This document shows, piece by piece, positions 36,630 through 46,078 of a DNA stretch of 64,000 nt. Source of the stretch: an uncultured virus (IMG/VR IMGVR_UViG_3300045747_000172) (Duplodnaviria > Heunggongvirae > Uroviricota > Caudoviricetes); the IMG/VR virus record IMGVR_UViG_3300045747_000172. One strand, given 5' to 3'. Position 1 is the stretch's first letter. The number at the start of each line of letters is the position of its first letter. A program made the position numbers and the translations under genes. The notes beneath the pieces were generated by a model. The model had not been told where the DNA came from. It was given only the letters and a program-made list of their open reading frames with translations, and did no database searches.

Positions 36630-37100
36630 ATGCACGACTCGATCAAGTACAAGACGCACTGGACCATCCGCAAGTACCTGGACGACCAGGCGTTCGCCGA
36701 CGACACGCCGTACGACACCGCGGAGATCGACGGCAACCTGCTGCTCAACGCAGGCATCACCCTGGCACTCCAGCTGGTCATCGGCGCGGGCGGCACCACG
36801 TTCGCCAATGCCAATGCCCGCATCGGGGTGGGTGACTCAGCCACCGCAGAGGCGGCCAGCCAGACGGGCCTCGTCGCCGCGACCAACAAGACCTATCAGG
36901 CTGCTGCTGCCACCTACCCGAGCGTCGCCGCACAGACCCTGACTGCCCAGGCCGTGTTCGGCTCCGCCGCAGCGAACTACGCCTGGAACGAGTTCACGCT
37001 GGACAACGGCACCACGTCCCTGAACCGCAAGGTCAGCGCCCAGGGCACCAAGACCAGCGGCCAGACCTGGACCGTGACCATGACCATCACGCTGAGCTGA
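36630..37100 (+). CDS. Putative structural protein
   Basis: IGVGDSATA...ANYAWNE...LNRKV...KTSGQTWTVT, a pattern typical of fibre-base proteins. Confidence 0.65.
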   Translation: MHDSIKYKTHWTIRKYLDDQAFADDTPYDTAEIDGNLLLNAGITLALQLVIGAGGTTFANANARIGVGDSATAEAASQTGLVAATNKTYQAAAATYPSVAAQTLTAQAVFGSAAANYAWNEFTLDNGTTSLNRKVSAQGTKTSGQTWTVTMTITLS

Positions 37101-37102
37101 TC

Positions 37103-37423
37103 ATGGCTGCTGTCAACTCAGGCAGCGCGTGCTGGGTCACCATCGCCCTGCTCGACCGCTTCGGCAACGCAGGGGTCCCGACGGCGGCCCAGTACCGCAT
37201 TGACTGCCTCACCTCGGGGACGTCAGTGCTCGGCTGGACCAACTTCCCCAGCCTCGCTGCCTCGGTTGACATCGAGGTCACCGCTGCACAGAACGTCATC
37301 GTCAACGCCAGTCACCCCCAGGAGACCAAGCGCATGACGATCAAGGCGCAGTACAGCGGTGACGCGAGTGACCAGATCACCGGGCACGTGGAATGGCCCG
37401 TCCTCGCACATCAATTCACCTAG
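37103..37423 (+). CDS. Hypothetical protein
   Basis: 106 aa ORF in the operon. Confidence 0.6.
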   Translation: MAAVNSGSACWVTIALLDRFGNAGVPTAAQYRIDCLTSGTSVLGWTNFPSLAASVDIEVTAAQNVIVNASHPQETKRMTIKAQYSGDASDQITGHVEWPVLAHQFT

Positions 37424-37430
37424 GGCGATC

Positions 37431-39086
37431 ATGGCACGCAAGGTATCCGTCAAGTCCGCTCGCAACGACCTGATCCGTGAGGAGAAGCGGACCCTCGACA
37501 CGATCAGGAAGAACCACGTAGGCGGGGACGGCAAGCCGCTGGTGGGTGCGGTCACCACTGACTCCTTCCAGAACCTCCAGCACCGCCTGGGCATCGGTGG
37601 CGACAATGCCCTGAGCAGTGGCAGCTACGGGTTCAACCCGATCACGCGCAACCGCACGCTGCTCGAATGGATCCACCGTGGGTCCTGGATCGGGGGCATC
37701 GCGGTGGACACGGTCGCGGACGACATGACCCGGGAGGGCATCGACTACGTGAGCGAGATGCGGCCCGAGGACCAGACCCGGCTCGACCGCACCATGACCG
37801 GCCTCAACACCTGGCCGAGCGTGAACGAGGTCATCCGCTGGGGACGCCTGTACGGTGGCTGCCTGGGCGTGGTGCTGGTGGACGGGCAGGACATGCGCAC
37901 GCCGCTCCGCCTCGAGACTGTCGGCCAGGGTCAGTACAAGGGCCTGCTCGTACTCGACCGGTGGATGGTCGAACCGACGCTAGAAGACCTCGTGACAGAC
38001 CTTGGGCCGCATCTGGGCCTGCCAAGTTACTACCGCGTGAGTTACAACGCCCCTGCGCTGCGTGGGGCGGTCGTACACCACACTCGCATCGCCTTCCGTC
38101 ACGTCGGCCTCGAGCTGCCCTACAACCAGCGCCTCATGGAGAACCTGTGGGGCATCAGTGTGCTGGAGCGGCTCTATGACCGCATGGTCATGTTCGACAG
38201 CGCCACCACCGGCGCTGGACAGCTCGTCTACAAGGCCTACCTCCGCACGCTCAAGATCAAGGGCCTACGCGACATCGTATCCGCTGGTGGGCAGGCCATG
38301 AACGGCCTCGCACAGTACGCTGACACCATGCGCCGCTTCCAGACCCTGGAAGGCCTCACCATGATCGACGGTGAGGATGAACTGGAGATGCAGTCCCACA
38401 CCGCCTTCAGCGGCCTGGGTGACGCCCTGATCCAGTTCGGCCAGCAGATCAGTGGTGCCCTGCAGATCCCACTCATCCGCATGTTCGGTCAGAGCCCTGC
38501 CGGCCTGAACAGCACCGGGGAGAGTGACCTGCGGATGTACTACGATGGCATCAACCAGCAGCAGGAGAAGAACATCCTCCACGGCACCACGCTGATCTAC
38601 AAGCTGGGCGCCCGGAGCATCGGGGTACAGCTACCGCCTGACTTCGCGGTCAAGTTCAAGAGCCTCTGGAAGCTCACCGACGTTGACAAGAGCAGCGTCT
38701 CCAAGAGCACGGGAGACGCGGTCCAGGCGGCGTACGAAGGTGGCCTGGTGGGCAGGCAAACCGCACTCAAGGAACTGCGCCAGAGCAGTCGCGTGACAGG
38801 CATCTGGACGAACATCACCCAGGACATGATCGAGGCGGCGGATGACGAGCCTCAAGTGCCTGGTGCCGAGGACATGCTGAGCAGCCTGGTGGGTGGCGGC
38901 GGTGATAACGAAGGAGCCTCGCATGGCGCGTTTGGATCGGAAGGGGAAAAGAGCCCGCTGGACAATGGCCCTCGCGAGCGAAAGCCGCTACAACTCCCAA
39001 CTGCGGGCGGTAGCCCGCCAAGTGGGGGTGATAGTCAAGGGGCTGGCGCCGGACGGGCACCTGAGCGCCGTCCCACGACTGCTTGA
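37431..39086 (+). CDS. Portal protein (DUF1073/HI1409-like)
   Basis: ADDMTREG, WGRLYGG, WGISVL, IPLIRMFGQSPAGLNSTGESD..YYD. Confidence 0.9.
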   Translation: MARKVSVKSARNDLIREEKRTLDTIRKNHVGGDGKPLVGAVTTDSFQNLQHRLGIGGDNALSSGSYGFNPITRNRTLLEWIHRGSWIGGIAVDTVADDMTREGIDYVSEMRPEDQTRLDRTMTGLNTWPSVNEVIRWGRLYGGCLGVVLVDGQDMRTPLRLETVGQGQYKGLLVLDRWMVEPTLEDLVTDLGPHLGLPSYYRVSYNAPALRGAVVHHTRIAFRHVGLELPYNQRLMENLWGISVLERLYDRMVMFDSATTGAGQLVYKAYLRTLKIKGLRDIVSAGGQAMNGLAQYADTMRRFQTLEGLTMIDGEDELEMQSHTAFSGLGDALIQFGQQISGALQIPLIRMFGQSPAGLNSTGESDLRMYYDGINQQQEKNILHGTTLIYKLGARSIGVQLPPDFAVKFKSLWKLTDVDKSSVSKSTGDAVQAAYEGGLVGRQTALKELRQSSRVTGIWTNITQDMIEAADDEPQVPGAEDMLSSLVGGGGDNEGASHGAFGSEGEKSPLDNGPRERKPLQLPTAGGSPPSGGDSQGAGAGRAPERRPTTA

Positions 39087-39672
39087 AGCCTTGAACCAGT
39101 ACGCCTCCTATATCGAGCCCTGGGCGAACGCGGTGGCGTCGTTCATGCTAGCTGACGTGGCACGGAAAGACGGTGCCATGTGGAAGCGGCACTCGAAGGA
39201 CATGGCAGTGGCGCTACGCCAGGAGCTCCTCAACGCTCCCACGGGTCACGTGCTCCGCGAGCTCCAGGCCGAGCAGGTGGAGTTGATCCAGTCCATCCCG
39301 ACCGCCGCCGCCGAGCGCATACAAGGGTTCGCGCTCGAGGCTACAATAACCGGGAAACGCGCCACCGAGATCGCAAAGGACATCCTCGCCAGTGAGCAGG
39401 TCAGCACAGCCAAGGCGGCACTGATCGCCCGCACTGAGGTGGCCCGAGCGGCGAACAACCTGGTCCAGGCCCGCGCTGTCTACGCAGGGAGCGATGGCTA
39501 CATCTGGAGAACGTCGGGCGATGCCAACGTCCGGCCAAGCCACGAGGAAATGGAAGGCAAGTACGTGAGGTGGTCATCGCCACCGACTCTCGACAACCTC
39601 AAGGGCCATGCTGGGTGCCTGCCTAACTGCAGGTGCTTCGCGGAACCCGTCTTCCCCAACGACGACATCTAA
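38923..39672 (+). CDS. Head morphogenesis protein (SPP1 gp7/MuF-like)
   Basis: IARTE, YIWRTSGDANVRPSH and PNCRC. Confidence 0.9.
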   Translation: MARLDRKGKRARWTMALASESRYNSQLRAVARQVGVIVKGLAPDGHLSAVPRLLEALNQYASYIEPWANAVASFMLADVARKDGAMWKRHSKDMAVALRQELLNAPTGHVLRELQAEQVELIQSIPTAAAERIQGFALEATITGKRATEIAKDILASEQVSTAKAALIARTEVARAANNLVQARAVYAGSDGYIWRTSGDANVRPSHEEMEGKYVRWSSPPTLDNLKGHAGCLPNCRCFAEPVFPNDDI

Positions 39673-39682
39673 GGACTGAGCA

Positions 39683-41764
39683 ATGAACCTCACCACCAAA
39701 TTCATCCAGCGTTTCCGTCGCCTGCTGCCCTCGCGGCTGGAGCGGGCGATGACGCATGACGTGAACGCGTCAGGCCTGCCCGCCATCTACCAGGACATCA
39801 AGTACCTGCAGGATCTGGGTTACTTGCCCTCCAAGGCGCAGATGGTAGCCTTGTCGTCGACCATCTCCCTCACGAAGAATGACCAGGCAGCCGCGGCCGC
39901 CAACCTGACCGCGTTGCAGGCGGCACTGGATGCAGGGGGTCTGGTGTCGCTGGTCGGCTCAGGGACAGCGTACCTCAGCGCCACCCCCCTCATCAACAGC
40001 GACACCACGCTCAGGGTGGCGGCCGGGCTCAGGCTGAAGTCGGTTGACGGCACGCACATGAACCTGCTGGCCGCCAAGTACCAGGACAGCCCGAAGGTCA
40101 CGCTGACGAACTGGACGGTGGGCGCTGACATCCAGGCCAGCGGCTCAGGCAACCTCGTCATCATCACCTGGGACACGTCGGCAGCTCATGGCTGGTCGGT
40201 CGGTGATTACATCCTCATCAAGGGCGACACGACCGACCAGTACGTCGGTGGGCACAAGGTCTACGCCGTGCCCAGCACTACCCAGGTGTCAATTCTGATG
40301 CCCGCGGCCCTAGTCACCTCGGGCTACAACATCGCCATCCCGGCACCGGCAGGCACCGTTACTGCTCAGCAGTGCATCAATAACGTGGTCATCGAGGGTG
40401 GTATCTGGGACGCCAACGGGCCGAACCGACCCGTGAGTGGCGGCGACTCCTACCTGGCGTTTGCCATCCAGCTGAACAAGGTCACGAACCTCACCATCAA
40501 GGACGTCTCGGTATTTGACGCCAGCAAGTACGCCCTTGCCCTGACCAATTGCTTTGGTGTGCTGGTGGACACACCAACCTTCCGGTCCGCCTCGGACGGC
40601 TTGCACTTGCAAGGCCCTTGCCGCAACGTCGTGGCGCGCAACCTGCGGGGCCTGTGCTACGACGACATCTTCAGCTACACGGCGACGAATGAAGGGTACC
40701 TGCAGTACAACTTCCCGGGCTACGTCAGCAGCGCCAGCCCTGGCCTGTGGGATCAGGATGGCGAGCTCATCAACTGCACCATCGAGGGTGTGAACACGCA
40801 GCGGCAAAACTTCCGCATGTTCTTCGGGCCCAAGAGCGGCTTCAGGATGGCGGGTGTCACCATCCGTGACTACAAGCCCAACTACGCACAGAGCACGGAC
40901 AACATCGTCGTCAGCAGTGAGGTCGCCACGCTCGCCACGGTCGAGGACTTCACGATCATCGGTGCCAATGGCGCGTCCCATGCCACTGGTGGCCGCCTGA
41001 TGTCGTTCGGCAAGGGCGGTGCATCCTCCAACACCTACATCAAGAACCTGACAATCCAGAACCTGATCATCGCCAACATGGACGGCGACGTGATGGCGAA
41101 CGAAGCCCAGATCGACTTCCTGACAGTCAAGGACTGCGACATCAACATTGACACGACGGCCGCTGCCGCACGGTACCTGATCAACTCAGGACCGACCGCT
41201 GCGAGAACGATCAAGCGCGTGATGTTCGACAACGTGCGTCTCCGCCGTTCTGCAGGCACTCAGGCAGTCACGTTCTTCGCCGGGAACACCAACCTGACGA
41301 TCAACGAGGTAGTGTTCGACCGCTGCTGCTTTGGCGCCGGGACAGGCGGCATTGCCGGTGCCTTCGCCAACGGTCCGACGATCAGGTACCAAGGCTGCAC
41401 GAACGACGGTGGCACGCCATTCGGCATGGGTACGCTGACTGCCCCAGTCACGGTCATCATGGATGACATGCTGCAGATCAGTGCCGCGGCGGGTGGGCTG
41501 CTCAACCTGTTCGCGGCCACGGGCACGTACAACCTGTACCTGTCGCGCCTGAAGATCCTGGCTGGCAACTTCGTCGTCAACAACACGTCAGCCAGCACCA
41601 AGAACCTGTTCATCGGCGACGGCACGGTGGCGATGGACTTCTCGACGCTGACCGGGTTCGCGCCGCAGAACGGGGCGATCTTCTACAACACTGGGGCCGC
41701 CTACAGCGTGGGCATCGGCTTGTACGCCAAGGCGGCTGGCGGCGTGACGCGGATCGCAGCCTGA
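39683..41764 (+). CDS. Parallel beta-helix (pectin-lyase-like) protein with capsid-like leader
   Basis: NLTALQAALD, IEGGIWDANG, SDGLHLQG and DD motifs; HGWSVGDYI insert; leader RLLPSRLERAMTHD. Confidence 0.75.
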   Translation: MNLTTKFIQRFRRLLPSRLERAMTHDVNASGLPAIYQDIKYLQDLGYLPSKAQMVALSSTISLTKNDQAAAAANLTALQAALDAGGLVSLVGSGTAYLSATPLINSDTTLRVAAGLRLKSVDGTHMNLLAAKYQDSPKVTLTNWTVGADIQASGSGNLVIITWDTSAAHGWSVGDYILIKGDTTDQYVGGHKVYAVPSTTQVSILMPAALVTSGYNIAIPAPAGTVTAQQCINNVVIEGGIWDANGPNRPVSGGDSYLAFAIQLNKVTNLTIKDVSVFDASKYALALTNCFGVLVDTPTFRSASDGLHLQGPCRNVVARNLRGLCYDDIFSYTATNEGYLQYNFPGYVSSASPGLWDQDGELINCTIEGVNTQRQNFRMFFGPKSGFRMAGVTIRDYKPNYAQSTDNIVVSSEVATLATVEDFTIIGANGASHATGGRLMSFGKGGASSNTYIKNLTIQNLIIANMDGDVMANEAQIDFLTVKDCDINIDTTAAAARYLINSGPTAARTIKRVMFDNVRLRRSAGTQAVTFFAGNTNLTINEVVFDRCCFGAGTGGIAGAFANGPTIRYQGCTNDGGTPFGMGTLTAPVTVIMDDMLQISAAAGGLLNLFAATGTYNLYLSRLKILAGNFVVNNTSASTKNLFIGDGTVAMDFSTLTGFAPQNGAIFYNTGAAYSVGIGLYAKAAGGVTRIAA

Positions 41765-41766
41765 CC

Positions 41767-43302
41767 ATGCTGCTCGTCAACTCTCTACTCAGGAGGATCC
41801 TGGCCATGAAGCGCCACCGCACACTCGACCGTGGGGACATCCCGGTGTTTACCACGGAGAAGATCGGACCCAAGCGGTCCATGACGCCGGAAGGCTTCAT
41901 GTTCTGCGAGGACGTGCCCATCGCTCGCACGGGCATGATGCACTACGGGCCCAAGGAGACGCCCATCGACACCGGACCCGACGGTGTCGCCTACGTCACC
42001 CGTGATGCCTCCGCCCTGTTCGCTCGGGACACTCTGGCAAGCTTCAACGGCAAGCCGGTGGTGAACGATCACCCGGATGTTGACGTGAACCCTGACAACT
42101 GGCAGAAGTTGGCAGTGGGTGTGTGCATGAACGTCCGCCGCGGTACCGGGGCTGACGAAGACGTGATTCTCGCCGACTTGTTGCTGACCGACAAGCAGGC
42201 GATCAGGGATGTCAAGGCTGACAAGCGGGAGGTGAGTGCCGGCTACGAGGCCGACTACGAACAACTCGAACCAGGCCGCGGCAGGCAAGCCAATATAATT
42301 GGCAACCACATTGCGCTGGTCGACAGAGGTCGCTGTGGCCCGCGTTGTGCAATCGGCGACCATCAACTGGAGAGTACCACGATGACCAAGGCGACCCAAA
42401 CGCAAACGCGTGAGCGTCGCCCACTCCCCGAAGCGGTCCGGAAGCTGTTCCGGGACTTTGCCGAGGAGCTGGGCAACAACCCCGCAGTGATCCCCGAGGA
42501 CACTGGCGGCAGCACTGACGGCTACGTCCCCGAGGGCGGCCCGACCGAGACCTCCAGTGGCGGCGGCGGTGACACGCACATCCACATCCACGCGCCGGGT
42601 GCCGGTGGTGCTGCTCCCGCCGCCCCGGACGGCGTCACGGACGACGGCACGATGACGCAGGATGACCCGAACGCCGGGGGTGACCCCATCGAGCAGCGGC
42701 TGGCCGCACTCGAGGCAGCGGTCGGACAGATCATGGCCATGCTCTCGGGTGGCGATGACCAGGGCGGTGACGAGGGCGCTCCTCCCACCGGTGACGAGGA
42801 CAGTGGCGGAGGTGACGTCGATGAGACCCCACCGCCTGACGACAACCCCACGAAGGACCACGCGATGACCACAGACAGCGCAGCCCTCGAGACGGCCTTC
42901 ACCTCAGTGGTGGCCGACGCCGAGATCCTCGTCCCCGGCTTCCGCATCCCGACGTTCGATGCGAAGGTGACGCGCAAGGTGACCATGGACACCATGTGCG
43001 CGCTGCGCAAGCGGGTCCTCGAGCACCTGATGACCACGCAGGACGGCTCGCAACTGGTCACCAGCGTCAACGATGGTGCCCTGTTCGACGCCCAGGGCGC
43101 GGACTGTGCAGCAGCCGCGGTGGTCTTCCGCGCTGCGGCCGGGGCCAAGAAGGCGATCAACAACTCCAAGTTGACCGCCGACAAGCGCCCGCAGCCCGTG
43201 GTGCCGTTGGGTGCCGGCCCCGTGGGCAAGATCACGAGCCTCGCCCAGCTGAACGCCCTGTACGCCGACCTCAACGCCAAGGCGTCGACCGGCTCCAAGT
43301 AA
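41767..43302 (+). CDS. Prohead protease/scaffold (DUF2213-like)
   Basis: TPEGF..CEDVPIARTG, SFNGKPVVNDHP, EVSAGY, NHIALVDRGRCGPRC; acidic scaffold-like C-terminus. Confidence 0.9.
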   Translation: MLLVNSLLRRILAMKRHRTLDRGDIPVFTTEKIGPKRSMTPEGFMFCEDVPIARTGMMHYGPKETPIDTGPDGVAYVTRDASALFARDTLASFNGKPVVNDHPDVDVNPDNWQKLAVGVCMNVRRGTGADEDVILADLLLTDKQAIRDVKADKREVSAGYEADYEQLEPGRGRQANIIGNHIALVDRGRCGPRCAIGDHQLESTTMTKATQTQTRERRPLPEAVRKLFRDFAEELGNNPAVIPEDTGGSTDGYVPEGGPTETSSGGGGDTHIHIHAPGAGGAAPAAPDGVTDDGTMTQDDPNAGGDPIEQRLAALEAAVGQIMAMLSGGDDQGGDEGAPPTGDEDSGGGDVDETPPPDDNPTKDHAMTTDSAALETAFTSVVADAEILVPGFRIPTFDAKVTRKVTMDTMCALRKRVLEHLMTTQDGSQLVTSVNDGALFDAQGADCAAAAVVFRAAAGAKKAINNSKLTADKRPQPVVPLGAGPVGKITSLAQLNALYADLNAKASTGSK

Positions 43303-43331
43303 CCCCTCCTCACCCACAAGGAACTCCCACC

Positions 43332-43976
43332 ATGAAGACGAACCTGGGCTACAAGGCCCGCCTCCTGCTCTCGGCAACGGCCAGCCTGTTGTCGGGCCTG
43401 GCCGAACTGGCCGCCGCGGCGCTGCTCCTGGGCCCCATGCCCGGCCGCTCCTTCACCAAGGACGTCGCGTTCACGTTCCGCATGGCGACCGGCTTCCCCG
43501 GCGATGTGAACCGCACGCACCCGTTCTCGATCCTGCCCGGCCTGATCAGCGCCACCCAAGTGCCCCGTCGCTACGGTGACCCGTGCCTGTTCGATGCCGC
43601 CAACGGCTATCGCGGCATCATCACCGGTGACCAGAGCGCGACCGCAGTGGCCATCGCCGGTGCGATCGTCCGCGCATACCCGACGCAGCAGTCCTCGGGC
43701 GGCATGTCCGCGAGCATCGGTGCCGCAACCCCGCCCACCAGCGGCGTCGCGGACTTCCTGCGCGAAGGCTACATGATGGTCCAGCTGCCTGCCGGACAGA
43801 CGGTCATCAAGGGCCAGGCGGTCTGGATCTGGGCAGTGGCCACCAGCGGCGCGCACATCCAGGGCGGCTTCGAGTCGCTGGTCAGCGCGGGTAACACCGT
43901 GCCGGTCAGCAACGCTCGCTTCACCGGCCCCCCGGATGCCACCGGCATCACCGAGATCGAAATCTGGACGGCCTAA
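43332..43976 (+). CDS. Capsid decoration/cement protein
   Basis: Between the protease and the major capsid gene; RMATGFPGDVNR and LREGYMMV. Confidence 0.75.
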   Translation: MKTNLGYKARLLLSATASLLSGLAELAAAALLLGPMPGRSFTKDVAFTFRMATGFPGDVNRTHPFSILPGLISATQVPRRYGDPCLFDAANGYRGIITGDQSATAVAIAGAIVRAYPTQQSSGGMSASIGAATPPTSGVADFLREGYMMVQLPAGQTVIKGQAVWIWAVATSGAHIQGGFESLVSAGNTVPVSNARFTGPPDATGITEIEIWTA

Positions 43977-44014
43977 TCCGCTGACCGCAACCTCCTTTGA
44001 AGGAACAACGCACC

Positions 44015-45178
44015 ATGAAGAACCAATCCCTGGCGCAGCGGCTGGCCCTGTCCTGCCTGCTCCTCCCCCGCAAGTCGATCGTGCGTGCCACCACGCACGA
44101 CGGCTTCCAGACCTTCGACGCGGCCGGCATGGTCGCGGTGAACGAGTTCGGCGACCAGCGGGGGCGTGCCCTCGACCACGCCTACCGCACGCACGATGGC
44201 CGCACGGTGGACAGCACCGGCGCCTTCCTGGTCGGTGAGCTCGAACGCCTCGACCAGACCCTGCACATGCCGCTGGTGATGGTGTCGTACCAACGCGACA
44301 TCGACATGCGTGAAGACGTCAGCCTCGCGGACGAGGTCTCCAGCTACACGCTGAGCACCTTCGCCAGCGCCGGCAACCTGGGCACCGGCCAGGGCATCCG
44401 CAACTCCAAGGCCTGGATCGGCAAGGCCACGGACCAGATCGGCGGTGTCGCGGTCGACATCGGCAAGATCCCGAACCCGCTGACCCCGTGGGGCCTCGAG
44501 GTCAAGTACTCGATCCTGGAACTGGAATCGGCAGCCAAGGCCGGCCGGCCCATCGACGCGCAGAAGTACGAGGCGCTGAAGATGAAGCACCAGATGGACA
44601 TCGACGAGATGGTCTACGTCGGTGACTCCAGTCTCGGCGTTGGTGGCCTGGTGAACAGCGCCAGCGTCACCAACGTCAGCAACTTCCCGAACGGCGCCGC
44701 TGCCAGCACGCTGTGGTCGACCAAGACCCCGGCGGAAATCCTGGCCGACGTGAACGCACTGATCCAGAGCACCTGGGCTGCCAGTGCCTGGAAGGTGATG
44801 CCGAACCGTCTGCTGCTGCCGCCGGCCCAGTTCGGCTACATCAGCACGCAGGTGGTGAGCACCGCAGGCAACCAGTCCATCCTGAAGTACCTGCTCGAGA
44901 ACAACGTGCTGAAGGCCTCGGGCGCTGGCGAGCTGACCATCCAGCCGGCCAAGTGGCTGATCGGTGCGGGCTCGGGCGGCACCTACGGCGTGTCGGGCAC
45001 GGTTGACCGCTGCGTGATCTACACGAAGGAGAAGCAGTACGTCCGCTACCCGATGACGCTGCTGCAACGCACCCCGGTGCAGTACCAGAGCATCTTCCAG
45101 ATGAGCACGTACTACTGCCGCCTGGGCGTCGTCGAAGTCGTGTACCCCGAGACCATCGGCTACCGCGACGGTCTGTGA
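44015..45178 (+). CDS. Major capsid protein (DUF2184-like)
   Basis: DSTGAFLVGELERLD, YVGD...GLVN, PNRLLLPP and YRDGL. Confidence 0.92.
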   Translation: MKNQSLAQRLALSCLLLPRKSIVRATTHDGFQTFDAAGMVAVNEFGDQRGRALDHAYRTHDGRTVDSTGAFLVGELERLDQTLHMPLVMVSYQRDIDMREDVSLADEVSSYTLSTFASAGNLGTGQGIRNSKAWIGKATDQIGGVAVDIGKIPNPLTPWGLEVKYSILELESAAKAGRPIDAQKYEALKMKHQMDIDEMVYVGDSSLGVGGLVNSASVTNVSNFPNGAAASTLWSTKTPAEILADVNALIQSTWAASAWKVMPNRLLLPPAQFGYISTQVVSTAGNQSILKYLLENNVLKASGAGELTIQPAKWLIGAGSGGTYGVSGTVDRCVIYTKEKQYVRYPMTLLQRTPVQYQSIFQMSTYYCRLGVVEVVYPETIGYRDGL

Positions 45179-45184
45179 TCCAGG

Positions 45185-45248
45185 TGCGCCGCAAGGCGCA
45201 GTTCGTGTGAAGGCCCGCCAGCACCCGCTCGCGGGCCTCACGTTTTTC
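45185..45248 (+). terminator. Two hairpins after the capsid gene, the second with a T-tract
   Basis: TGCGCC-gcaa-GGCGCA; AGGCCCGC...GCGGGCCT followed by CACGTTTTT. Confidence 0.7.
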
Positions 45249-45266
45249 TACCAAGGAGCCACGCAC

Positions 45267-45608
45267 ATGGCAACCGCTGCCCCCAAGAAGATCGCTGTCA
45301 AGACGCTGCCGAGCCGCCGCGCCACCAGCGTTCCCAACGCCGTCTCGAACGCCACCGACGATGCCGCCCAGGTCATCGAAGAGGCGGATGAGGTCAAGAT
45401 CAGCCTGGACCAGTCCCTGGCCGCTGCGACGCCGCAGGTCGAGGAACTGGTGACTGTGATCGTGCCCAAGCCGTTCAAGCTGACGCTGGACGACCACAGC
45501 GAGAAGAACTACCCCCAGGGTATCTACGAGATGCCCGTGGACCACGCCGGCCACTGGTGGGCCCGCGTGTCGGGTGTGAAGGTCTACACCAAGCAGCCGG
45601 CAGTCTGA
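45267..45608 (+). CDS. Hypothetical virion-associated protein
   Basis: AAGGAG RBS; VPKPFKLTLDD...HWW. Confidence 0.7.
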   Translation: MATAAPKKIAVKTLPSRRATSVPNAVSNATDDAAQVIEEADEVKISLDQSLAAATPQVEELVTVIVPKPFKLTLDDHSEKNYPQGIYEMPVDHAGHWWARVSGVKVYTKQPAV

Positions 45609-45609
45609 G

Positions 45610-46068
45610 ATGACCGTCACCCCCGCTTCGCTCCGGGCCCTGTACCCGGAGTTCACTGACCCTCCGTACGCTGACGCCACGATCAATGCGTGGCTGGTGT
45701 TCGCGGTGCAGTTCGTGGATCCCGGTCGCTGGGGCAACCTCGCGGACCTGGGGGTGACGCTGTGGACCTGCCACAACATTGCCCTGCTGCCGCTGAACAC
45801 CAAGGACACCGCCTTTGGCAAGACCCCAGGGCAGCGGGTGGGTGTGCTCACGAGCAAGAGCATTGACGGCGTCAGCGTCAGCTACGACGTCTCGAAGACG
45901 CTGGAAGACAACGCCGGCTTCTTCAACCTCACCACCTACGGCATGCAGTTCATCCGCTTCGCTCGCATGATGGGCGCGGGTCCAGTGCAGATCGGCACGG
46001 ACCAGGACCTGCCCAGTACCGGTGGGTCGGTCAGCATGGCCTGGCCAGGCCCGTACGTCAACTTCTAG
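45610..46068 (+). CDS. Head-tail adaptor (DUF4054-like)
   Basis: YPEF, VSVSYD and TTYGMQF. Confidence 0.85.
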   Translation: MTVTPASLRALYPEFTDPPYADATINAWLVFAVQFVDPGRWGNLADLGVTLWTCHNIALLPLNTKDTAFGKTPGQRVGVLTSKSIDGVSVSYDVSKTLEDNAGFFNLTTYGMQFIRFARMMGAGPVQIGTDQDLPSTGGSVSMAWPGPYVNF

Positions 46069-46078
46069 CCGGTGAGCA

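Noticed and set aside
37431..39086. Possible anti-CBASS (Acb1-like) label for this family
   Set aside because: Position and motifs fit a portal protein, and no separate phosphodiesterase domain with paired HxT motifs is evident.
42294..42303. TATAATTGGC matching the divergent promoter core
   Set aside because: It lies within the conserved NIIGNH coding motif of the protease. An internal promoter for the scaffold portion is possible but unsupported.
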